From the NCBI GenBank assembly GCA_973895155.1, contig OZ316896.1, positions 10,737,525 to 10,801,524 of the forward strand: a stretch of 64,000 nt of DNA, given 5' to 3'. Below are positions 14,401 through 26,449 of this stretch, in pieces (position 1 is the stretch's first letter; the number at the start of each line of letters is the position of its first letter). The DNA comes from Marsupella aquatica. Lineage: Eukaryota; Plantae; Marchantiophyta. Both the position numbers and the translations under genes were made by a program. Below the pieces are notes generated by a model, which was given only the letters and a program-made list of their open reading frames with translations, did not search any database and was not told the origin of the DNA.

Positions 14401-14407
14401 TCTCCAA

Positions 14408-15581
14408 GAGCACCATCGTCTAGCCAAGGTATATGTTTGCTCGGGGGTCTCACTATATGGGGACCTCCCCATCGCCTGCGACGTTTTTAGGCCTCGGACC
14501 CCCTAAAATGTAAGAAAAAAAATTATTTTTTAACCCCTATAAAGTTGGAATATTCTTGGAATATTCTAAAATTTGGATTAAAAAGACCTTTATATTCTTA
14601 TAAGTCTCAAAATTGAATTTAAAAGACCCTATTGTTCTTCTACAAAAATTCTTAAGTCTTCCCTTAGAACCAATAAAATGACCCTATCCTTCGTCGCACG
14701 TGATATGCCATTTTTGTGGAAGTGAGACCCCCGAGTATGTTTGATGGGACCCCTACCAATTTGAAACAAATTTATGTGATAGCCCTTACAATTTTTTGTT
14801 ATAATCTAGGCCCCCTCCGACACTTTTGTGTCAAATGTTCTTGTAACAGTTCCTACAAGAAGTTCTAGCTTGATATTATCACCAACAAGAGCTACAGTAA
14901 TTTAGAGTTCTATATTAGTGAAGACAATATGGTTTATGTTTTCATGTTTAAATTTTGATCACATTGTCCATCTTCATCTGTATAGGGTTTGCATGATGTT
15001 TTGACATTTCTCTTTGTACTTTTGTCTAAGTATGAAATGTCTCTACTTTTGGCTGTTGGCCCATACTGCAACTTTCAAAAATTGTCAAAGTGGAACAAAG
15101 ACAACATGGATGTTGTCTTGTCACATCTAGACCCCAAATTTGTCTAAAATGGAAGAAACCAAAGATCTTCTACTTTTGGCTGTTTGCCCTCGTTGCAACT
15201 TTCAAAAATTATTAATTTAGGAAACGAAGACAACGTAGAGTCAATCATAATGGGAAAGATTTGCTAGCCTGCAAGAACTAGACTCTAAATGTTCTACAAA
15301 CCCCTTATCATGCAGCCGTGGATCCTCTAAAACTCGACAACCATGTGAAGATTATCCATTATGTCTTCAAGCATAGACGTACATGCGGTGGACTATGATT
15401 CGGTGTGTGGTGGAGTGCGGTGGGAAATGTACGGGACCTAGCTACATAGGGGCCTAGTTTGTAACAATATTTTTGTGGGGGGCCTGGTTTGCAACAAAAG
15501 TTTCATAGGGGCCCATGACGTAAATTTTGTTTTGGCAAGGTCCCCATTAGGCAGATACCTCCATCTAGCTGATGAATGCTC
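14408..15581. mobile_element. Non-autonomous PIF/Harbinger-like element with long imperfect inverted ends
   Basis: GAGCA…TGCTC termini. 14745-14815 is an inverted match to ~15478-15545. A related subterminal copy lies at ~35270-35480. The 14440 MITE is nested inside the left end. Confidence 0.5.
14440..14735. mobile_element. MITE with perfect 15-bp TIRs and 8-bp TSD
   Basis: TIR CTCGGGGGTCTCACT / AGTGAGACCCCCGAG. TSD TATGTTTG at 14432-14439 and 14736-14743. Confidence 0.92.
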
Positions 15582-15649
15582 AATGAGATCATTCTTTAGG
15601 TAAAGATAAGAATCCTTATTGTGGATATTCCTGTTTGTCTGAAGAGTCC

Positions 15650-16640
15650 AATACACTCAAGTATGGATTGAATTGTTCATTTCTTTCACCCTTGAATAAT
15701 GTAGTGGAGCACAACACAAGCTAGCTATGAGGATATTAGTCAGGTTACTCTCAAACCAAGACCTCTTACGCCTTTTTACAATTTCAAACCTGGATTGTAA
15801 ATCCCCAAAGGTCCTCTCCCATGTCCTTCCCAGCCACCTCCTGATACTTTGCAAAGTGACATAATTTCTATTTTTGTGGTGCATGATTACTTGAAATGAA
15901 CATGGACCACTCAAGGTAAATCCCATCAACTAGCAAACAAGCTCACTTGTACTCAGCACCATTTACATGAAAGACAATGGTAGAGTCATTCACCTACCAT
16001 TCATTCAAGAGTGGTGGCCTGTCCAAAACTTGCTAATCATTGTTACCTATGCCAACTCCAAAGCTCTTGATCTACAATACATTATCGTAGGTTTTAAAAA
16101 TCCTATGCAGCCAATAGGCTTTCTCAAATAATGATCCTGGTACAATTCTCAGGTGCCTTTCTCAAACCCGTACAAAGCCTCTAAAGCAGTGGTCTCTCCA
16201 ATCCTACAATGTTTGTCCATGGCATCAGCTCCAATCCTAGTGTCTGGTTGCCGCAATGTTGATGTGATGTTGTTGATGTGATGTTATGATGTGGAGACAA
16301 GTTTGACTTTCTCGTAACATCAAGCTTGAACTGAAGGTATTGTAATGTGCACAATCTAGAATGATTTATTGAACAACCTCCTGCTCATACAAAACCTTCT
16401 TCTGCATTTCAACTCCTTGTACACAAGATCCCCCCAAAAGTAATCATCCCACAAATCTAGAGCACCCTTCTCTCTATTCGTGTTACATTTACATCTTTCA
16501 CCTATTCTGGACCCCCTGATTTCTCTCTCCTCCAGATGCTACAATGTTTTTGATGGATCGATTGTGGCTCACGATACAAATTCACCTCCGAATCTCTTCT
16601 TCATCCCAGACTTCTTCATCTTCTTGGATCACTTTTTTGA
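15650..16640 (-). pseudogene. PIF/Harbinger DDE transposase pseudogene
   Basis: Remnants CRRRFCMSRRLF (~16400), DAMDKHCRIGETTALEAL (~16200) and ERTFGDLQSRFEIV…LTNILIA (ORF 15657-15929) match the plant Harbinger transposase pattern. Confidence 0.75.
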
Positions 16641-16859
16641 AATTTTGTGTCCTTTGCTCCATAGCATCCACGAAGGGCAATATTTTACAGATCTCTAAAA
16701 TTTGAAGAAGTCCGATGAGCGTATAGACTATAAATGATTTGAATGGACACAACCTACAATGAGCAAAGGCAAATGGCTTGAACAAAAGTATGTTTGAGGT
16801 GTGATGACAACAAAACTCTCAACAATCAGGGCTATGGCTGCTCTTGATGGACGATCTCG

Positions 16860-18230
16860 TGCGCATACACATCGCTACATAATATATATTGCATGTCACA
16901 CACATCCAGACATAAGCACAACAAACATAAGAGAATAGGATACAAGTGGAACTAATGTCCACACATGTCCAAAACCCACAATAATCAAACAATGATTGAT
17001 ACCAAAATACAACACACAACCAATCACGCCCAATCCGATCACACACATATGTCAAGCCACACACACCTTGCACTCAAGGAATCCATGTTATGCACACAAA
17101 TTTGGCCGACCACACCATAATTGCCAGCTCATGCTTAAAGTCTCAAAATCAAAAGATGAGGCCTTCAAATCACCACAAAGATATATCTATTCCCTCCAAA
17201 CGTAGAGAAATTCTAAAGTGCTCAAACAGCACACATATGAAAGCTCTAAACTCAGACAACACAATATACTATAGTAGCACTCATAGTGATGTAACAAAGA
17301 AGCTTGCGCAAAGGATACAAACTAGGACAAATGAACACTAGCATGAACCTGCATGCTTCAACTTCAACTCAGGTTAAGAGATGGCGGCTAGGATAAAGGG
17401 CAATCTGTTGTGATTCAAGATGAAAAATGGGGGTGCTACTATTTTGCTGGCCTCCAAACCGTTAGACAAATTTGGGAATATCCGTCACTAGCAGCAGAAC
17501 CAGTGGAAATGTCCAAGTCTAGCGTAGGATTTGAAGGTATACTCAAGTTAATTTTGTCACCCATAAAATACTGTACCTATCAAGTACAACTTAAGTAAGT
17601 GTACTGTCTTCTCTTTTACCCACATTCTCTTTTACCCACATTCCCACACGGTACTACACCTATATGACCAAGATTAGGAGGGTACATTCAAGTGAGTGTA
17701 CTTACCGTTCACCTATAAATATACCTATAAGGTACTCAAACTCAAGTTAGTATACTTCTCCTTCACCCAAAAAATACCATACCGAGAAATATTACTCTCT
17801 TTACACAATATTTAGTCTCACCAAAAAATTAGTGTCACACCATTGTGAGTGTTAGTAGAGTATTGTACTATTCAGGTATATCATTTTTGTATGTATATTA
17901 TATGAGCTGATAAGGTTCAATCTGAAGGCCTCATCTTTGATGCTAAGACTTCAAGCATGAGCTTTGGAGGCTATGGTGTGACCGACAAGGTTGTTGCATT
18001 TGAAAGTGGATTTCTTGATGCAAGGTTTGTTTGGCTTGACATACATGTGTGATCGGACCGGGCATGATTCGTTGAGTGTTATCGTCATCGGCCGCTATGC
18101 AATTATTGTGAGTTTTGGACATATGTGAACATGAGTTCCACTTGTATCTTGTTCTCTTATGGTTCTGATGTTGGATTGTGCCTCGACGTGGATGTGTTTA
18201 TGTTGGGTAGCCATGTGTATGCACACAACA
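16860..18230. repeat. ~300-bp imperfect inverted repeat pair (16860-17175 / 17915-18230)
   Basis: For example aaagatgaggccttcaaat vs atctgaaggcctcatcttt, and ccgatcacacacatatgtcaagcc vs ggcttgacatacatgtgtgatcgg. Confidence 0.8.
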
Positions 18231-20639
18231 TTAATGACATTTTCCCATGAATTTCAGGCAAGTGAGACTTTGATGTCACCCATATTTAAAAAAATTCATC
18301 TAATGTATTGAAGAAACTGATAATTAGAGGAGCAATTTTTTTTTGGTAACCCTAAACAGAATCCACTCCAATGTTATGCAGAGCAGTATATAGCCACATA
18401 AGCTTGTGTGTATGTAGGCAGTAAAGCTTTCCTTCTGTTCTGGCTTGTCAGTTTTTTTGAGAGATTAAGTGATTGAGAACATGGTGGAATGGGGATCACC
18501 CATCATAGCTGGATTTGAATCTCCTTTTTGTCCGTGTTTGTTCCACTAGCAAGTTTCAAGTCCTGGAAAATGTGTTTTACGGTATCACAAGATTATATTC
18601 TTTTCTTAAAGCAACCAGATAAATACCCATTTTGTACCTGTTTCTTATTGTTGATGAAAACTCTCAATCCTTGTACCATTCAAAGCGTCTTAAGATGTGC
18701 TTTCAAATTAGCCCAACATTGCCAATTTTCATTGAGCATCAATGCAATACAAACTTCCAAAGTTAACTGTCTTCTCTTGAATTTTTATAGATCTTCTGCG
18801 ATCAACAATGATAGACTTTTGACTTCTCCCTGATTAATGGATGATAATTGTCAATCCTTGTACCACTATCTGAAAACTCTCTTATTGTCAATACTCCAGA
18901 TAAGACAAAACAGTATTTGTTGCTGAATAAGTTAAAGTAGCTATGTTTTAGAGTGAGCCAGCTATTTTCAGCTGCCTTGAATTCTCTCAATGTATCTTTC
19001 CTCATCTTCACACGAATACAATGTCAAGGGACCCAAATTGTGCTGACAAGAGTGAGATTATAGTTAGGATTCAAGCAAAGGAGTTTGGATAGTACAGCCC
19101 CAAATTGATGTGGAGAGCAACCATTTGTTTGACATCTACAGACTACTCCCACATTTGAGGTGCAAAGGGAAAACTTACTGGATTTCTTCTTATTTGAAGT
19201 AGATTACTGAACCTCTTTGCCCTCCAAGAGCTAGTGTGCCTTTTAATCCATGGGAGTCTATTGTCCTCATGCTGTAATTAGCCAACAATGGGCCTGGATT
19301 TAAACTTCTTTGTCTCAACATTGCAAATGAACACGATGCCATCATTTGACCTTGCAGCTATTGGACATACTGGGCCTGGCTTAGTGTATGTCCACCCTTC
19401 TGAGCGTTTTATGCTGCCTGTCCTAGTCGCTCAGCTTGGAAAACAACCAGCAACATTTATATTGTAGTAATTTCAACCTAGGTGATATTTCAGATTTGTC
19501 TTCATATTTTGTAGGGAAGCTAATGTGTCCTCGAGTGAAAGGAGAAGCTGCTAAGAATATATATTATCAAATGTTCTTAATTTCTGACCCTTAGATTTCC
19601 CTAGATTTAGGATAGGCTGGAAAATGGCTACTCTAAGACGAAAGAGCTGACAATTTTTGCCAAAAGTGGAGAGAAATTTTAAGAGAGGTGGAATTTGGAG
19701 ATATTTTGCCACTAGAAAACACCAGTTGAAACTGAGGAAATGCACCAGCCAAGACAAATGACAAGGCAGCAGGTGTCCAGTCTACCCCATGACCAGATAC
19801 TTTTGCTCCAGTTTCAGGTCTAGTTACTCTAAAATGTTTTGGAACATGTTTAATAGATGTTGGGTGTTGTGCGTCACAAATGATGTTAGTAGTAATGGTA
19901 CAGCTAGTTGCATAGCTTACTCAAGGGTGGTTTCCTCTTTGAAAATGAAAGGAGAAACCAAAACCAAAGTAATCTATGAAGTTTTGGGAACAAGCAGAAG
20001 CAAATTCATGAGAGAGAAACCAAAAAGTAAACGTGAGAATGATGTACTTCCATTTATTTCAAAAATGGGCCCAACAAAGTACAATGTAGTAAAGTAACAA
20101 GAATAATTCAACACGAAAAGCAAAATAGAATGTCATGAGTGAAAAGAAACCAGCAGAAATAGAAATAGGAAGAGGTCAAGAGCAAAACAGAATGTTGTCG
20201 GAGAGAATAAACCAAAAGCTAACAAAGAGTAAAAGTTATTTCACGAGATTATGGTATTTGGAAATTATGATATAAAAGACATAAACCAAGGGTTCAAAAT
20301 ACCTGGACTATGTCTTTCCATTGCCTCCCGTGCCAAAAAATAAAATGGACTACAGTAATGCGGGGTATTGTCGGTCCCCAAAATGAGGGCTTTAGTCCAA
20401 GTTTCGATGGGATGTTATTGCCCATAATGATAGTTAAGTGGCAAGTACTTAGAGTATTTGTTTTCCTTTGCGTTGCCTTAAACATGAAGTCACATTTGGT
20501 TCTTCTTGCCAAACTAATCTTCCTTGTCAATCTTCCTTGTTTGTAATCAATAGTGGCTGATGTGACTACATGTGCTTCCAGGAATTCTGGAAGGACTTAC
20601 CATGGGGGTCCATAAAAGTGATTGGATTAAGGATTTGGT

Positions 20640-21958
20640 AGTCCATAAAATTTCCTGTCCTTAATTTTAACCACCAAGTTAAAGTCCATCAAATTTGAGA
20701 CCCCCCAATAAGGACTATCAAGTGGGGCCAGATGGTGAATTGAACAGAAGCAATAAGCAGAGGACTACTTTCTTTGTCAGTAGAGCAACAGAGTCCTTGA
20801 TTTTAACTACTAACCTAAGGTCCATCAAATTTTGAGATTTGGGACCCCCCCATAAGGACTATGAAGTTGGGCCAGCTGGTTAGAGAACTGAAACTTAAGA
20901 CAATAATCAGAAGACTACAGTCTTTTTCAGTAGAGCAGCAGAGTCCTTGATTTCAACTACTAACCTAAGGTTTATCAAATTTTGAGATTTGAGATTTTGA
21001 GATTTGGGAACAGAGACAATAATCAGAGGACTACAGTCTTTTCAGTAGAGCAGCAGAGTCCTTGATTTTAACTACTAACCTAAGGTCCATCAAACTACCA
21101 GATTTGAGACCCCCCAATAGGGACTATGCAGTGGGGCCAGCTGGTTGGAGAATTGAAAAGACAATAAGCAGAGAACTACAGTCTTTTGCAGTAGAGCAGC
21201 AGAGTCCTTGATTTTAACTATTAACCTAAGGTCCATCAAGTTACCAGATTTGAGACCCCCCAATAAGGACTTTGAAGTGGGGCCAGCTGGTTCGAGAACT
21301 GAACAGAGACAATAATCAGAGCACTACAGTCTTTTTCAGTAGAGCAGCAGAGTCCTTGATTTTAAGTACTAACCTAAGTCCATCCAATTACCAGATTTGA
21401 GCCCCTCCCCCCCCCCCCCCCCTCCCCATGAGAGGACTATGAAAGTGGGCTGCTGGTTCGAGAACTGAACAGAGACAATAATCAGAGAACTACAGGCTTT
21501 TCAGTAGAGCAGCAGAGTCCTTGATTTTAAGTACTAACCTAAGGTCCATCAAATTACCAGATTTGAGACCCCTCCAATAAGGACTGAGATGGGGCCAGCT
21601 GGTTGGAGAATTGAAAAGACAATAATCAGACGACTACAGTGCTTTTCAGTAGAGCAGCAGAGTCCTTGATTTTAACTACCAACCTAAGGTCCATAAAATT
21701 TTGAGATTTGAGACCCCCCAATAAGGACTATGAAGTGGGGCCAGCTGGTTGGAGAACTGAACAGAGACAATAATCAGAGCACTACAGTCTTTTCCAGTAG
21801 AGCAGCAGAGTCCTTGATTTTAATTACTAACCTAAGGTCCATCAAATTACCAGATTTGAGACCCCCCTATAAGTACTATGAAGTGGGGCCAGTTGATTGG
21901 AGTATTCAAAAGACAATAAGCAGAGAACTACAGTCTTTTTCAGTAGAGCAGCAGAGCT
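20640..21958. repeat. Tandem array, ~147-bp unit, ~9 copies
   Basis: The anchor GTAGAGCA(G/A)CAGAG recurs at 20780, 20930, 21045, 21191, 21339, 21504, 21649, 21797 and 21943. Periods are mostly 145-150 bp. Confidence 0.95.
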
Positions 21959-22650
21959 CCTCAAGACGAACTCACTACGAGTCCAGTCTGAGATCGTCTA
22001 GTCTCCACATTCCATCTCCATGGAGATGATGATGAGTGCCCACAAAGCAGAGCAAGAGAAGAAGAAGGAATCGAGGTCGAAGTCGAGGTCGGGCAATCGA
22101 CTCATCATCATCCGCTGCTGCTCGTCGAAACGCCACGAACGAGAGTCATCGTCGTGGTCGTGGTCTTCGTCATGTAGGAAGATTGGGATTCCGAAACGCA
22201 ATGAGGGCGGAAGAGGAGATGCTGCTTGGTGCGTCTTGTCTACAACAGCGGTGGCAGGAGGAGCAGTCTCCGATGAGGAGTTATGATTACTTCTGCTTGT
22301 GATTAGATGAAGATGGAGAAAGATGGTGAGATGTGTTCGAGAGAAGGCGGACTGGTTCGCTCGTGGATTGAGGGGAGACGTAGATGTAGAGAGACTGGTT
22401 TACGATTGGGGTGGATTGCTTTGTTTTGGTGTGTTGATTTGAGGTGAGTCGCGGTGAGTCTAGTGAAATAGGGCGGGGGATTCTTATTTCAGTCGAATCG
22501 AACGGAATTCGGTCAGTATGATAGATTTGATCAGACAAACGTAGGCCGAGTGAGAAAGAATTGACTCCGATCGAAAAAATTCGTGGACATTGCGGAGGCA
22601 TACCGAGAAAGGGGCGCTTGATAGGTTCAGAGCGAGAGAGAGAGGAAGAG

Positions 22651-25361
22651 ATGAAGGGAGCTCCTAAGGTCCGGGCTGCAATGCGGAGGAGAGTTGCCCT
22701 TGGAGGCAGTGCAGCACGGTGCTGCTACCGATTCTGTTACATTATGCTGGTTGTGGCAGCTGTTGCTACCCTGACTTCTCGATTGAGGGGTGCTCGGCTA
22801 CCACCCGTGGTGTCAAACAAAATGGGTGAGTCAAGAAGAAGACCTGCTCGTCTCCTATTCTGGAAGCACTCTTGCACTTGCCACTTTGAAGTGTCTTATG
22901 ATGTGATGAAGTACAATAAGGCAAATGTCGGCCGGCAAGCAGGCAGTCTGTATGCAATGTATACTCAGCTGGGAATAGTAATACAAAGTACCGGAGAATT
23001 TGGATCTACTGTTTGAAGATCATGCAAATGTTGCTGTCAGTCTCTAACGAAAATTTCAATAAGAGGGGCAAAGCATGAAGCAGGGTGTCGAGATGCTAAA
23101 CTGCGGTGTGTAAGATTGGAAAAGGTCCCTTGGAAGATGAGGATGGATGGAAGAAAGGTGAGAGAGACGAACATACGTCTTAAGATGGACGTGATGAGAG
23201 GTTGTAACACTGCTACGTTACTCACATTGCAGTGGTTCTGGGTTTGACACAAGTGGCTAGTGACTTTTTTGTGCCTGCCAAACAATAAGACAAGTGATTT
23301 GGTTTTGGCTCTGGCAGGCGAGAACATGGGAAGCGAAAGAAGAGACAATAGTGGAGACCATTTGTCCCTAGATGTTGGACAGGATCCCAAGCAGGAGCAT
23401 CTGCGTAGATGGATTGTCAACCCCAATTCGCTGTGTTTTGGGAAAGGAAACATTACCATTCTCTCTGTTGCGATCGGCCTGCCCCAGGTAACAAACGATC
23501 TCTACTGTACACCTTCTCTGAGCGTTATGAAGCATTTAAAAGTAATGTTACTGTTTCTACGCAGACGTGGCAACTTCGGGTCAAGTCTTCATGTCGGACG
23601 ATTAGGCTGGAATTCACACAAATAAGACCGAAGATCATTGCGGAATTTTTGCTTCAGCTGTCTTTGACAGAAGATTGTCTCAACTTTAAATCTACTTGCA
23701 CAGTTATATCCGTACCATGTTGCTGCTGTGTTCGTATCAGGTTCCGAGTTTCTGTTGTATCCAACTTATCTCTTTGTTAGACGACTCAAACCTGCGACAT
23801 CATAATTTTCCATTCCTTCTCTCAATTTTTTTTGATACTTATAGAGCTACCCTTTTCCCATCCTAAGAGGGCTAGGGCTTCCTGTGTCGAAAAAATGATT
23901 CTTGAGAAAGCCAGGTTCGAATAAGTTCCCACAGTTTCCTTTTCACAACTTCATAGTGTGTGTTGCCAGTAGCTGTCAACACTAGTATCTATAACGTCAC
24001 TGTAGATAGCTCTAGCGTCCAAGAGCCCGAGCGAGCTACTGTGGGTTTCTCGTCGAATTGCTTCTATATAACAGTGTAAATGAGGCATGCTGCGTTGGCA
24101 GCCGATGCCCCAAGGTTTACCTATTTTTTCATTTCTGTGTGTTTGTGTGAATCTCCAACGGAAGCCGTTTTACACACTTGCTGAGATCGTTTCTGTTCGA
24201 CCTGAACTCGTCATATCATGGCACATGCCTTTGTGTCACATTGTTGTACCTGATTTGATAGATTTAATGTAGTAAAGAACTTTTGCGGAAGCTTGCTGTC
24301 TGGCACGTTGTCTTTTAAATTTTCAGGTTTTCTTTGCAACTAAGCGACTCACAACTGACTTCTGGTCCGGATGTAGGAGTATCTCGAGCTGTTACGAAGC
24401 AACCGACTTGCATACGCAGGCACACATAACTACCGCTACTGTGAAGTACAAACGGTCCTTGATTTTAATAGACATCCTCACTGGACGAAAGTTAAAGCGA
24501 CATCACTACTACTCAGCTTTGCAGACACAGTGATGCACATTGATGCAGATGCCCTCATCGTTAATCATTCTGTAACCATTCAGAGCATCATGGAGGCACC
24601 AACTCTGAACTTATCAGGGAAAGATGTTATCTATACTAGTGATTTCAAGCAAAAGCAAGATGGTGGAGTGGATGCCAAGTCCCATATCAGCTCCGCAGTC
24701 TATATAATGCGAAGTACTGCCTGGAGCAAGGTCTACTTCTTCATCGTTTTCCCTGCACCTGACTTCGTTTGATATCTTGTAAGCTATGCATACGTTACTT
24801 GCTTTCTCGTTATAATTATCCGTCGGCGACCTCTATTCCGTGTATAAAAGACATTAGGGTGCAGGAAATCTCAGCACCCGAGTTTCTGCAATATTTGAAT
24901 GGGTTACTCGATTCCTGTATGGCAGGCGTTATTGGAAGCTGAACATAAGTTCTATAGGGAGTCATCGTTGTTCAATACGTATGAGGAGATGGATGCTCTG
25001 AACCTGTACCGTATGAAGCATTCTGAGGAATATGCTCATCATGTGGGTATCGTTCCTTTCCGGTAAGTTTCCATGATCAGAACTGCGCATATATCCAGTT
25101 CTGCTCTATTGCATGAACCTGGCTTGAATTTCTTGAAGTCTCTATTGTGCTACTTGACCGGTGTTGTTCATGTGCAGGTACATGAACAGCCCTTGCAGTG
25201 AAAACTACAATTATTACGAACCTGGAGATTTCATTGCCCATTTTACAGAAGGAAAGACCCCTGAAAAATATGTCCACTTAGCCTCCCGCTTCAAATCAAA
25301 AAGTCCTCATGAAAAAGGTTGCTCAACGTGCGAGTGCTTTTTAGAGACGCCTGAGATTTGA
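22651..25361 (+). CDS. GT34 (GMA12/MNN10-like) glycosyltransferase; exons 22651-22825, 23318-23487, 24377-24730, 24926-25062, 25178-25361
   Basis: N-terminal TM helix (FCYIMLVVAAVATL). Motifs NRLAYAGTHNY, WTKVK, IDADAL (DxD), SSAVYIMRSTAWS and PGDFIAHF. All four introns are GT-AG and phase-compatible. Confidence 0.85.
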
Positions 25362-25737
25362 TTGTAGTGTAGTTGGACGAAACCATGTTTTTGAAGCGTT
25401 TAGCTTTTTTTAATGAAAGATCGATAGAAAAGGTTTCTTAGAAAATCAGTGATCTAGTGTTGATTGTCTATCCTTGTGACTGGCCAGCACTTTGTACATC
25501 ATCGAAAATGGAGAGAACGAAAGAGTGCACACCAGAAAACGCCTTTTCAGAAGGGTTCCAGAGATCCCAAACTACCATTTCTACAGTCAAGGGATCCTCA
25601 ACTTCTGTATATGGAGTAAAAATATAGCTCCTGAACAGCTGTCGTAGTGGTCACTGGCCTCAATTCTTAACAGCTTTGTCGCAGCAGTTCTATTTAAGCA
25701 CTGGCTTAGGTGACTGAATGAGTGAATCCTCCACTGC

Positions 25738-25945
25738 GTACTAAGAAAATTCTGGTCTTGAATTAAAGTTCCCACGCTTAGCCCAACCAGGAAGCTTGGC
25801 CGGCCCAAAATTGCGATTCAATCCGGTGATGGGTACGAAGATTGTTCTGGTCTTGACGTAAAGTTCCCGTGCTGAAAGTCCAACCAGGAAGCTTTGCCGA
25901 CTCAAAATGCGAGTCAATCCTGTGATGGGTACTGAGACTGCTTTT
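25738..25945. repeat. ~96-bp tandem repeat (2+ copies)
   Basis: Units begin gtac at 25738, 25833 and 25929. The two full units share ttctggtcttga, aaagttccc, ccaaccaggaagctt and tcaatcc.gtgatgg. Confidence 0.75.
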
Positions 25946-26449
25946 GGGTTCCAGAAGGACAGTTGCTGTGATTCTTGAACACCATAGGCGAGTGACAAAT
26001 AAACTCAACTTGTTGTCAATCTCCGTTTGGTAATGGAGGCAGGCAGGGAAACTGTCAGAATTGACGAGACCTCCATCAATCCTTTCAACCCACTTCAGCT
26101 GTCGGGGCCTAAGAGAAAAGATACTAATTTCCATGGAGTTCTTAGAGGACATTTAAATTTTTTATGATCCTTGACAAGTGCTGATCTTTTGTGCAGTCGT
26201 AGTGTCATTGAAAAACTGTATGCGACCCTGTAACTCACTAAAGCGTTATGTGGAATTTCGTGAGTACTTGCTGTACTAAAGATATTTGAGACACGGTTAG
26301 TGTCTAAAACGCAAAATCTGAATATTTGACCCTGCTACGTATGAAATTAGGAGGATATTATTTTTGGAAGCCTGAGCATTCGATTTCTGTCGAGAATTTC
26401 AAGCATGAGTAAACTTAGAGAACCGGGAGGTTCCATGAGTATATTTGAT

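Noticed and set aside
18480-19545. Decayed coding-like sequence on the minus strand (possible F-box-associated or LRR pseudogene)
   Set aside because: There are too many stops and no motif I can identify with confidence.
20640-21958. CRISPR-like array
   Set aside because: The whole ~147-bp unit repeats and there are no unique spacers. No cas genes, and the context is eukaryotic.
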